Part shown: in pieces, positions 12,412 through 24,676 of the stretch
Position numbering within the stretch: the stretch's first letter is position 1
Layout: each line of letters begins with the position of its first letter
Source: Carcharhinus amblyrhynchos
Lineage: Eukaryota
Length of the DNA stretch: 64,000 nucleotides
Assembly (NCBI GenBank): GCA_965287045.1
Contig: OZ336872.1
Location: 97,278,001 to 97,342,000, forward strand
Direction of reading: 5' to 3'
Notes under the pieces: generated by a model
Seen by the model: only the letters and a program-made list of their open reading frames with translations
Told to the model about the DNA's origin: nothing
The model's database searches: none
Translations under genes and position numbers: made by a program

Positions 12412-15400
12412 GCAGGGCAGTCCATGACATCTGTCAGGCTACGTGAGTCTTCAGGTGACTGAGGTACCCAATGGATCCAAAAATTCTTCTGCATTGAGGG
12501 CGTGTTGATGCACGGATGAATGGAATTCACAACCCTGGGTTGGCTCTCCTCTGTACTGTTGTTGCTCTATCCCACTGTCAAGTCACTGAGCCTTGAAGCA
12601 GTTTGCACCTTGATGGGCCAGGTGAAACCATGCTGAGTGGTCCATAGCCTTCTCCTCCCAGTCAATAGTGTTAATGCCTCCATGCTTTAGGTGTCCTTAA
12701 GCATATCATCTAACTATTTCTTTGACCATCAAGTGGAGAACTGGGAGAAGAGAACTTGCTGAGGGAGACAGTTTCTGGGCATCTAGATACAATGGCCCAT
12801 CCATTGGAGTTGGTTCTGCAGGAGCAGGACTTTGCACGTATATGCAGCGTTGGTCTAGTGATTCTTCTAAATGATCCCAGGATTCGATGCAGGCACCACT
12901 AATGGAAGCTCTCCAGCATCTTAAGATGGCATTAATAGACAGTCCAGGTTTCGCTACAGTACAGGAGAGTGGTCAACTCAATGGCCTTATAAACCAGAAC
13001 CCTTTTTGACTTTCAAAAGTCCTTGCTGTCAAAGACAATTTTGTGCAACTTGAAGAAGGTGGTGCTGGCACAGTACTGCACTTTCTCATTGATGATAATC
13101 CCTTGGGAGAGGTGGCTGCCAAGATTTAGGAAGTCTAAATCTTCCCAAACTCCAAAACTACTCCATCTACATGGATGAAATAGGGGATGTCCATCTGGCC
13201 TGGGGAAGGTTGATGAAGGGCTTTCATCTTGGGGACTTTGTCTTAGTGATATTTAAAGGTAGGTCAAGCATCTTATAGAAAGTGTTGAAGAGAACAAGTG
13301 TCCTTTGCATGTCCTGTACAGAGTGAGCCATTAAGCGGGAGTCATCTATAAACTGAGAGTCATAGATGTCCATGGTGGTCAATTTTGACCGAGGTTGAAT
13401 CCCAGATCATCGCAGATGAAATGAACAATGACAGTTGGGTAAATGATGAACAAGGGTGGGGATGACTACACAGTCTTATTTAACCCCAGTCTGGATGTGA
13501 AAGGAATCAGTTTCAGATCCTCCACTTGGGAACTGGCAGTCGTATTTTCATGCAGAAGTCTCAAGGTGGCGACAAACTTTAATGGATAACCAAGTGTTGG
13601 AGGACAATTCAAAAAGCTTCAAAATTTAAAGAACCAGATACCTTGGTCGGGTCAATGAAAGCGAGAAACAATTCTTGCTTTTGCTCCTGGTATTAATGTC
13701 CGCAGTCCCCAGGATGGCTGGAAGCTACACTGGATTTCTGGGAGGATCCCCTCAGCAACAGGACAAAGGTGGGTCAGGAGGATGTGGGCCGATATCTTAT
13801 CCAAGGTGGACAGCAGGGAAATTCCACTGTGGTCTTCTTGTGGAAACTGATACTAGTCATGTTCTCGAGATCCTAGGGGAAATTCTCTTCGTGCCAGAGG
13901 TGGAGGATGAGCTGATGGAGTCTTGAGGTGAGCTGATAGCCACCGGCATAGTAGACATCTATGGGTATACATCTGGCCCAGAATTTTGTTCGCTTTCATC
14001 TGTTGGATGGCTTACTTTGTTACAGTATTGATCGGTAGATCGTCAAGACAATCTTCCACAGGATATTGTTGGATGGTTTGGATGGTCTCCTCCTGTACAG
14101 CAAACTGTCAGTTGAAGAGCAGCTTAAAGTGCTCCATCCAAAGAATGGATGCTGTCATCATCCTTGAAGAACCAGAAGTCATTCTGTGTTTTATCTGGTT
14201 GAGTAGGGAGGTGATTGTCTTGGTAGCCTGGATGAAGTTGCATATGATCAGCATAGGCCTGAATCACATGTGTCTTTGCCACCCACCAGTTGTTCTTCAT
14301 ATCATGAAGGTGATGCTGGACCTCAGCCTTCAGTTGGGAATGCACTGCTATCTTCTACATGGGTGACTTTGCCAGGCAGTGAAGGCAGCTCACATCTGAT
14401 CGAGGAGCTTGCAGATTGCGGTGTCTTTTGCATCAAAACAGTTCTGGTTCCATTGTGGCATCAACCCATCTGCAGGAGTCAGTCCCAGTATACCTGGAAG
14501 GAAGTGGCATCACTTGCTATGGCGCACTATGCAACTAAGCATGAAACTCTTCCCACTGTCCTGAGTCCTTCAGTGCTGCAGCATTCAGCTTTCTCCAGGA
14601 GGTTTTTTGGGTCCTTCTATTGCCTTGTTGCCAGGCAAATGTTCATCACTAAATGCACAAGTCGATATTCAGAACCCACATGGCTCTTGCGACAAGCACA
14701 TCCTTCTGAACTCTGCCTCAGACAATGATGTGGTCCAGGAGGTGCCAATGCCCTGACCTAGGGTGTCTCCACATGGTCTTAAGTTGGTTCTTCTGGTGGA
14801 AGACTGTGTTCAACGTGATCAGTCCATATTGGGAGCCACTTCATTAAGAGGAAAATGCCATTGGCATTGGCCTCTCCATTCCATTTTTGCTCATTTTCCT
14901 ACTTCAGATTTCATGGTCACGTCCAACCTGGGCACGAAAGTCACCTAGCAGGATGACCTTGTCATCCCTGGGGATAGAAGCAAGGATGACATTGAGATTG
15001 GAGTAGAACCTCTCCTTGACTTTACGGTTATGGCTGAGATGTAGGCATAGGGTAATCACTCTCTCACTGACATTCTAGGGGAATTTGAGAGCATGGTGGA
15101 GATCGTATTCCTTATGGTGAAACCAACCTCATGGATGCAGAAGCTACAATTTGACTTCACTTTCCAGAAGAAGGTTTGCCCTCCAATGGCCTCCCTCAGC
15201 TGCCTCTCCACTGGATGCACTTTCCCAACCAAGAGAAATGGAACAGCCTATTTTTGAGGCACCTTTTCTAGACCCTCCTGATGCGGGGTGAGCCGAGGTT
15301 ATCCGGAAGAGGGCTGTTCAGTTGCTGATGCAGCTACCAAAGGACAGTTACCTAATGACCACCACACATCTGCCACCTGTGTGCAGAATCTTGGCCGGGG

Positions 15401-15810
15401 GTATCTAGGTTTCACTGCCCTGCCCTTGTAACCAATTTTCCATTGCCTCAGGACTTTTACTTTTGCCTGACAGAGGTCTGAGCCTGATGTTATTAAGTGT
15501 AGGGACTCCGGTGTGCTTCCAAGCTCCATACGGTCTTGGCGGTTGGTAGCCAGATTCAATGGCATGTTGGACCACGATGGCAGGGGCCACTTCCCCACTG
15601 CAGCCTTTTTCCACCTTTGCAGCTATTGGAGCCACTGGCCTCCTCCATCTGCTCTGCCATTGAGGACTACTTGGTTAGTTCTCTGACGGGAATCTTCACC
15701 TCAGACGCACTACCATAGAAACCCTACCAGGAGCATGAGCTCTGGGCAGTATCACTCCTGGGTTCATTGGAGCACACAAGCCTCTCCACCACAGCAAGGT
15801 GGCAATCATC
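12412..15810 (-). mobile_element. Near full-length degenerate RTE (BovB-like) LINE
   Basis: Minus-strand fragment LKAEVQHHLHDMKNNWWVAKTHVIQAYAD plus endonuclease- and RT-like remnants over about 3.4 kb, with many stops. Confidence 0.7.
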
Positions 15811-15835
15811 AGAAAGCATCTTAGGATTCATCGCA

Positions 15836-16132
15836 GAATAGAATCATAGAATCTTGAAATCCTTTCAGTACAAAAGGAGGTCTTTTGACCCATCAAGCCT
15901 GCACTGACAATGATCCCACCCAAGCCCTATCCCCTTAAACCCATGTATTTACCCTACTAATTCCCCTCACATTAAGGGGCAATTTAGCAATCCACCTAAC
16001 CTGCACATCTTTGGACTGCGGGAGAAAACCAGAGCACCTGTAAGAAATCCACACAGACAATGACCCCCAAAGCTGGAATTGAACCCTGGTGCTGTGAGGC
16101 ATCAGTGCTAACCACTGTGCCACTGTGCCGCC
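15836..16132 (-). mobile_element. HE1/V-SINE, tail type A
   Basis: Reverse-complement head and (ttctatga)-type tail. Confidence 0.85.
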
Positions 16133-18749
16133 CAAAAAAAAAGCACCCAACATGGGGTGATAAACACAATTTCAACGGTTTACTTTGAAAGTAGAACAGC
16201 CACACAAAACCATGCTTAATCTTTCATACCAGTATTTTGTATCATTAATATTTGATGGCCTGCTTTATTGTGGGTATGGAAATTTAATTTAAAACAATAG
16301 GAAATATTTGGGAGGGCAAATGAGTGCATAAGGGCTTTTGTAGATGTAAAGATCCTCTGTGCTGCCAATTCAAGGGAATTCTCTACAATCCTGATGGAGA
16401 TTGTTGGAGGCCACTTAATTTCTTGGTGTATTCACAGCATTTAAAAATTTGAATCAGAAACAATATTTTGTAGGCAATGTTAACCCAGGTACAGCAAGTT
16501 ACATACAGTGAATCATATTTTAATTATTTTATTAAGATACTTCCCAGCTCTACACTTTTGTAAATGGAAGAGGGGAATTGGTTTCTCTAGCAATGACATT
16601 TGGCCTCGTAGGTGTGCAAGTTGGAACCATTTTGCGTAGTAAGTGGGATGACTCAGCCCGCAAGTATATTTAGTCCTCTTCTGAAAATTGTCAGCACGTC
16701 TGACGCATGATGGCTGGAGCATGTGGCTTTATGTCCTGATGCAAATGTCAAGGCTTGCATTTAATTTAATTAAAGTTATTCCCACAGGAATATATGGACC
16801 ACCCCCCCCCCACCCCAACCAAGCTGGCCCTTATAATTGGTGCTTTTCCATTGATGTTCAAAGATGAGTTCAACATATGCTGAAGTAATTTGTTCTGACA
16901 ATCTTCTATTTTGTTGTAAATTGCTTTCAAATTATTTGTATTTTTAACAACAACAACACCTTATGTAGCACCTGTACCAAAATAAATTGCCCCAAGGCAC
17001 TTTACAGGAATGTTATAAGTAAAATGTGACACTGAGGCACACATATTAGGACAGCTGATCCACAGCTTGGTCAAATAGATAGGCTTTAAGGAGCATCTTA
17101 AAGAAAGAAAGAAAGAAAGGTGTGGGGAGGGCCAAGTAGCAGAAGACATGACCACCAATAATGAAGCCATTAAAAACTAGGGCCAGTTGAAGAGTCATAC
17201 ATTTTAGAGGCTGTGAGGCTGGAAGAGATTAGAGAGATAAGAAGGGATAAAATCTTGAAGGAATTTGAAAACCAGGATCAGAATTATAAAATTGACGTTC
17301 CCCCCACCCCCAATCAAAAGTATTTCCACTCTGGAAGGAAGAATTACTCAGCGAGTAACCAGTATCTGCTCCAGTGAAATAACACCTCAAAAATGATTTC
17401 TTGTGTGCTTATCCAAGATAATATTCACAGAGCAATATGCAAAACCCTGAGATGTGCCTAATCAGAGGTTTTTTGTTTTTTAAACAAATTCTGATCACAT
17501 GAATTTTCTAGTTTGTTTTCCATTCTGGAACAGAAACTCTGCTACAGCTATTATATGGTTAAGAATACAATATATAAAGGTAAAATGCTGCAGATGCTGG
17601 AAATCTGAAATAAAAGCAGAAAATGCTGGATAAGGTCAGTAGGTCTGGCAGCATCTGGGGAGAGAGTAACAGACCCAACATAAATGATTCTTCTGAAGTT
17701 ATCGCTGGTTGATGTTAAGTTTTTACTTTACAGTTGGAAAATGTATATTGGGTAGTTGGTCACTAACCTGCATTATTCATTGATAAAGGATTAATGGCAA
17801 ATTCCTGCAAATGTAGTAACTTCTGTTGATTAGGGCATGTCTATTTATTTGCTGCTTTTTCAGCATTGTCCCTAAATTTGATAATGAAGGGAACATCAGT
17901 TGTTTAAGTCAGAATATAAAATATTTATCTTCTCCATGATCTGTGCCAATCTAAAATTTTTTGAAAAAAATGGCTCTACTTTCCATTTAAAATGCCTCTT
18001 ACAAAAATGTAAAAGTGGTGTCAACTTTGCTGAAAAAAAGGTAAAGCTTGCAACAGACCTAGAATTCTATATTTTGTTTCAATAGTTTGTTATATGTCAT
18101 GTATATAGTTACTATGATAAATTTTGAACCATTTAAATTTACAGTGCTAACTAATATGGTAAATGAAGTTTCAATGCCAAGTTGTTTCCAAGACACTGGG
18201 AAATTTCTTTGATCTGTAAGTTAGCCAGAATGCAGGAGCCATGTCCTGGAGACAAAGTGAATCAAATATCCAAAGAGCAATCACATGCACAAAGCCCAGA
18301 GCAGATATAAAAGGCAAACTCATTTCTGAGCTTGCTTGATTAACTATTTATTCTCTATTGAGAGACCTAATGAAACAGGGAATATATACTGGAATTTATG
18401 GTTCATTTTTTAGTTATGGTAAAGGTGCAAGCCCCATTGGATGCTTTAAGCAGTACTATTACATCACCCCTACATGGGCCTCACATCGAGTCCTTTATAA
18501 ATTATTGTGCCCACCAGAACTCTTCCTAGTTACCAGATTTTGTGAGATACAATCTGAGCATGATTTTAGTCTCTTATAAACTGATTTTATCTTTACTGTT
18601 TTACTATAACCTGTTTCTATGTGTTTCTGCGTTTTTGTAATCACTTTTCTTGTCAATAGTTTTCCATTGGCCATAGTCTGAACACAGCAATCCGATACTC
18701 TAAAACCTACTTATGATCTAACCACATAATAATTTGGATGGTAAAGGGA

Positions 18750-18950
18750 AATTGTGGTGCATGATTCCATTCCTGTGAAATACAGTGGCAGACTATCCTA
18801 TTCCCATAAGACCATTTGGCACATTAGCCTATTCCCAAACATTGTGGCACATTATTCTATTCCCATAAAACAGGTTGGTACACTAAACTATTCCCACAAA
18901 ATATGGGGGCTGACTATCTCATTCCCATAAAACATAATGGCAGAAAATCT
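18750..18950. repeat. Degenerate ~30-bp minisatellite (about 6 units)
   Basis: Recurrent unit close to tggcacattatcctattcccataaaacat. Confidence 0.75.
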
Positions 18951-19215
18951 ACTGCAAACCAAAATCCTTTGTGGATAAAACATGTAAATCCACTCAGAAT
19001 GGGTGCAGCAGAAACCCACCCACTGTACACAGAAAGATAACTGAATTAAGGACCACAACCTGGAATCACCACATTGAGAGCAGCCAAAGGAGGGTTAACC
19101 ATATATTTCTTTGATTCTTTTTAATGTAATGTAAAATATCTTTGAGTCCACCCTCATATTCAGCACTAGTGCATGTATATGTGGGACTCAGGAATGTGTG
19201 TGACATATGAATGAG

Positions 19216-19490
19216 GGTCACGGTGGCGCAGTGGTTGGCACTGCTGTCTCACAGCATCTTGGACCCAGGTTCAATTTCAGCCTTGGGTGAGAGTCTGTGT
19301 AGAATTTTCACATTCTCTCCATGTCTATGTGGGTTTCCTCTGGGGACTCCAATTTCCCCCCACACTCCAAAGATGTCCAGATTAGATTGAACAGGCATGG
19401 TAAATTGCCCCTTAGAGTCAGGAGGATTAGCAGGGTAAATAAATGTGGTTATGGGGATAGAGCCTGGGTGGGATTGTTGTTGGCACAGGC
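19216..19490 (+). mobile_element. HE1/V-SINE, type A (tail truncated)
   Basis: cacggtggcgcagtggttggcactgctgtctcacagc head and V-core. Confidence 0.8.
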
Positions 19491-20289
19491 TTACTAAATT
19501 CATAAAATAGGCTGAATAAACTTATTTTGCTCTTTGATTTAGACTCAGAAAATTTGATTAATTCTTTCTAATCTGAAATCTTGCAGTGGGACTCCTACAG
19601 TATTGGCAAAGCTCATCCTCTCTAAATGCACAATTGAATCCTGTTACGGTCAGACCTGGAGTGGTAAATTAGGATAGTCAATGTTTACCCCTCCGTATGT
19701 GATCTTAACAGAAATGAAAAGATAGAATTGCACGAATATTTTGTTTGTTCCAACTGACAGGGAACTCTGAAGAATTTTAAGTTCAATGAACAATGCCTAA
19801 ATGAAATATTTTCACAAAGACAGGAGTATAAAATATGATCATTTCTATTCATTCTTTCAGTGCTGTTACAGTGACAGGAAGCCACTTGTCTGATTAAATC
19901 TAATCTAATGATGGCTTAGGCATTATTGGTAGATATCTAAAATTAGATTGCAGATTCTTATTAATGCAAGTCTTACATATGCCAGACATCAAATGCAAAT
20001 GAAATGCAACAATCAATACACTGACACACTTAACACACAGTAAAACTGTTCTCCATCCAAGCACGGTGCAGTCACGTATAGTTATTGGGGCTCACCTTCC
20101 TACTAATCCAAACTCCAAGCAGAGGCAAAGGACCTGGGAACAATTTAAAGATAACCTTTAGACTGGAGTTCCAAACAGAAAAGATCTTAATTGTCAAACA
20201 ATATCAGAAATGCTAAATACATTTCTACATACAGGGATGAACACTATGCTTTGGGAAAAGCCAGTACAGTATTTTCTTTTTGTGAAGTT

Positions 20290-20565
20290 TTCAATTCTGG
20301 CCTTGGGTGACTGTCTGTCTGTGTGGAGCTTGCATGTACTCCTTGTGTCTGTGTGAGTTTCCTCTGGGTGTTCCGTTTCCTCCTATAGTTCAAAGATGTG
20401 CGGATTAAGTTGATAGGCCATGCCAAATTGACCCTTACTGTCATAGGGATCAGCAGTGTAAATATGTGGGGTTACAGCGATAGGGCCTGGGTGGAATTGT
20501 TGTCAGTGCAGGCTCGATGGGCCAAATGGCCTTCTTTTGCACTGTAGAGTTTCTATGATTCCATG
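20290..20565 (+). mobile_element. HE1/V-SINE, type A (5' truncated)
   Basis: V-core and tgcactgtagagtttctatgattccatga tail. Confidence 0.8.
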
Positions 20566-21589
20566 AAGTTCCTTTGAAATTGAAAGTGAAACTGAGATAA
20601 TTCTGGCAATGAGGCCATTCAACTGCTTAAACTCTGGCTGAGGTTACTATGGAGATGGAAGCTCAAACAAAAAGCTAATAAAGCTAATTGGGATATTGAA
20701 TTACAGCTTAGAGTAGGACACATGTGGAGAACAAAGACACAGACATTGATCCTGGTGAAGAAGCAGAGAGAAGTCTCTGAGAATAGGTCATGTGAAACTG
20801 CATGTAAGGCAGCTGAGGTGGGACGACATGTCTGATAGCAAAGGAAACCAAAAAGGCGAGTTCTAAGCATTAAAGCTGGGAAAGACATGCCTTTTGGGAG
20901 CATATGGAAATCCGATGTGGTGAGACTGCTCTCTGAAGGGACTTTGAGCCTACTTCCTGAATGAGTAAAGGAATCTCCAGCTGGGATATAGAGGCCTGTG
21001 AGACTTATTAGCTGAGTTTAATGCAATATATGCTGGTGGACAAGGAAGTTGGGTGCTTGTAGTTCTGTGCATCATATTGGCTATTTAAAGTGAAATCTAC
21101 CTTTTCTTTTGAGGTATCATTTGTCTGTTAAATAATGTTTGATATAATTCACTTTATGTGGCACAGTAAAATTTTTTAAAAGTGAAATCTTGTCCATTGG
21201 TTTTCAATCCATTGGTCTCGTGGAGATTTATTTCTTTTAAAAGGTTGTTGATCTCTATCATCACAATCTCTGAGCTATTTTAGTTGCAGCAAACATCTCA
21301 TTCTGATGGTAGGACAATGCTGGTGGTACCACTGCAACCACTCCCATTTCACATACATGCTTATGGTGAATGGCTAGCTCTTGGCTGGATTAGTCTTTGA
21401 AGCAGCAGAAAATCTGACGTTGTCTGGCAGGATTTTAAGCAGTCGTTTAGTAAGGGTCCAAGGAATATAGAGCAAAAGTGAGATGATGCTAATCAGCTCT
21501 TGAGCAAATTGAACAGCTGAGCAGGTCAGAAGAGGTGTAATGGTTCGCTCCAATTTGTAATGTTACTGTGTTTGATAATTATTAACAAA

Positions 21590-22300
21590 AAGCTACACAA
21601 ACTAAATCTGAAGAAGAATGAGCAACGGAATTTGATGCAGACGAATATAAAATACTGCACTTGAGAAGGAAAAAGCAATATGCCTACTGCATGAGTTGAA
21701 ATAGCTAAGAATGAAGTTGAAGTGATCTACAACTCTTTGTAGTTTCAGTATCAAATATGCAGACTAAAATGTCGAGCAGCAATGAACTAAGCCTGTAAAA
21801 TGTTGAACAAAATTGCTAAAACTGTAAAATAACACATAATAATAGTACATAAATAATACATAAAACTGTAAAACAAATTGTACAGTGCTCTGGTCAGATA
21901 TTCTTAAATGCAGTATCCAGTTCCGGTTGCTAAGAAACAAGGGAGAAATTCAAACACTGGAGGTGGTGTGGAGAAGAGCCACAAGGCTGATTATATCCAA
22001 AAGGCCTGAGTAATGAGGACAAACAAAATTTTCAGCCAGGAGAAACCTGATAAGTGATCACATAAAAAATGTGAGATAATCAAGTATATGAGAAAGTTAT
22101 TTAAATTTATGAGTATGACAGGAAACATGGGATCAAACTAATAAAAGGCAAATTTGCAATTGATACCTGGAAATTATTTTTAATACGGGATAATTAACAC
22201 CTGAAACTATCTCTCAAATAGAATAATGAAGGCAAAATGATTTGGGATCATTGACAAATGAAGGATGCAGCAATGGTACAATGGAGTGCTTCCGGAAGGA
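21590..22300 (+). mobile_element. Old CR1-type LINE 3' fragment
   Basis: Decayed RT C-terminal signature (tacagtgctctggtcaga...cagtatccagttccgg, compare LYxALVRPHLEYCVQFW). Confidence 0.55.
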
Positions 22301-24365
22301 TGAATTAAGATACTTCTTGCTTTTTGTTATGTATGATTGCTTTGTGATATATTCTGAATGTGGTCTTCATCACAAGCTATTGCTCTATTCTGGTCCTTAT
22401 CCGGGCGTCATTCTCATCTACAAAGGTCAAACAGTATGACTGAGTGACTGACTGCTGTGTTGATTTGCCAAATGCCATCAGTTATACACAAAAAATGTAT
22501 TTACTCCAGACGAAAATGTTGGCTTCTGTCTTCCAGTGATCTAATGGATTGATCAATACTTCATATCCGAGCTGAATATGTCATCAATCATGCATCTGTG
22601 TCTGTACCAACATGAGCAATGATTGTTTTTCAGTGGCAAACTGCATCCAGCATAGTAGATTACCAAGCGATGGCGCGTCATAAGATGCAGGTTGTTGGTT
22701 GTCAGGTTGCTAAGGGTTTACAAGAGATACTATCACATATGTCCTTATGCAAAGGCATCAAAAAAATCTTACGGGGGAAGTTGTCAATTGCAGTTGTATT
22801 TTCTGTGCAGTGATGCCTCAATGATCTTACATTTGGAAACATTTTTTGAGTGTTTTTCCTGTTTCAACGTAAGTTTAGTTGAGCCGGAACAAAGAAATGT
22901 TGAAAATAGTCCTGATATCTTTTGAAACCTGCCTTCATCGTACAATTCCACAAACCTATGTAAATTTCTGCAGCTGTTAATATAGGAAAAGATAAGTCCA
23001 TAATATATTTTTCAAAAGAATTAATGAAAGAAATCAAATTCTCCCTTATAACCTGTTGTATGATTTGTGCTGTTGTTAATTTCAACTATGCCTTTTGCCC
23101 TGGCTGAGGCCTTTAGCATTAGGCTATAGGAAATATCTTTTATTTTACAAGTTATGAAGACATTTAAGGTCTACGGGATGCAAGTATCATTGGGAACGAC
23201 AGCATGTGTTGCTTATTCCAAACAGAAATATCCTGAGGTAAAAGGTTAAAGCTCCGTGTCTGCAATATTGCTATTCATACTAAAATTAATCTTTGTGATG
23301 ATTCCTTTCAGTTTGAACGGAATTAGTGTTCAAAATTAACAAACGCTTTGGGTGGAATTCAGAGCACAAGATTTCCCATTTCTGCTTTGTCATTCCATCT
23401 CCACCATCTGTTCTTGTGTCTTCTAAATGCCTCACTTAGCATTTTAACTAGAAGTCATGCCGTCATTGTCAAGAAGTACCTAAGGAAATTGACTTTTCCT
23501 GTAGCAAGTAATTTCAATAACTTTGTAAAAAAGAGCTCAGTGGCTTTCAAATACTGACATGTTTGCTGTTTGATATGTAGTAAGCCAAGATTTTGTTACA
23601 TTGGAGTAATTCCAGTGTGAAATTTTCTTGCTCTGTTCATCTCCTGGTATGTGGCATAGTAACCAAAGAAGATCGGAGAAGAAAACTGACTTATCCATAC
23701 TGGATATTCAGGGAATTTTGCCACAGCTTGACGATTAGAGGCTTTGGGACCTACTCCTCATTTCCTCCTGTTTGTGCTTCTTCTATCCAAGTTCTTTCCT
23801 CTTAGTGTGAAGATGCTTATCCATGCTGATTCCACGGATGCTGGCCACTCTCTGGAACGTCACTCAGTGTGGCCATATTTTTCCCACTTTGGAAGGCTAG
23901 ACAGTGAGCCATGGGAGGTTATTCCAGCTAAGCATATTTGTGTTTTCACCCCATTTTCACATGCATACATTTCTTTTTAGCAGTAAGTTACAGGACAGTA
24001 ACTGGAAAGGGCACATGAACCAATTATGAACATAAGAAACAGGAACTAATCATTTGGTTCCTCGAGCTTGCCATGCCATTCCGTAAGATTGTGGCTATTC
24101 TTCTACCTAAACTCTTTCTTTCCATCTCCATCCCAGCCCTCCTTGATTCCTTTAGTTCCCAAACATTTATCAATCTCTGACTTGAATATGCTCAGCAACT
24201 GAATATCCACAATTCTCTGTGGTAGAGAAATCCAAAATTTCATAACCCTTTCAAGTAAATTTTTTTTCCTCACACAATCTGAATTGGAAACCCTTTATTC
24301 TGAGGCTGTGACCCCTGGCTTTTAGACTCCCATCCAGGGAAAACATCTTCCCATCAACTACTATA

Positions 24366-24676
24366 GTTTAAAGTTTATTTATTAGTGTCACAAGTAGGCT
24401 TATATTAACACTGCAATGTAGTCACTGTTCCCCTAGTCGCCACACTCCAGTGGCTGTTCATGTACATTAAGGGAGAATTTAGAGTGGCCCATGCACCTAA
24501 CCAGCATGTCTTTTGGACTATAGGAAGAAACTGGAGCACCCGAAGGAAACCCACACAGACACTGGGAGAATGTGCAGACTACACATAGACAATGACTCAA
24601 GCCAAGGATCAAACCCAGGTCCCTGGCACTGTGAGACAGCAGTGCTAACCATTGTGCCATTGTGTCACCGTGCCGC
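24366..24676 (-). mobile_element. HE1/V-SINE, tail type B, nested in a CR1 3' fragment (about 24020-24905)
   Basis: aagtttatttattagtgtcacaagtaggc tail and reverse-complement head. Confidence 0.8.

Noticed and set aside
18750-18950. CRISPR-like array
   Set aside because: The DNA is eukaryotic, the units are contiguous degenerate repeats without unique spacers, and there are no cas genes.
20590-21265. Second solo LTR ending atcatcaca
   Set aside because: I could not define a 5' TG end or a target-site duplication by eye.
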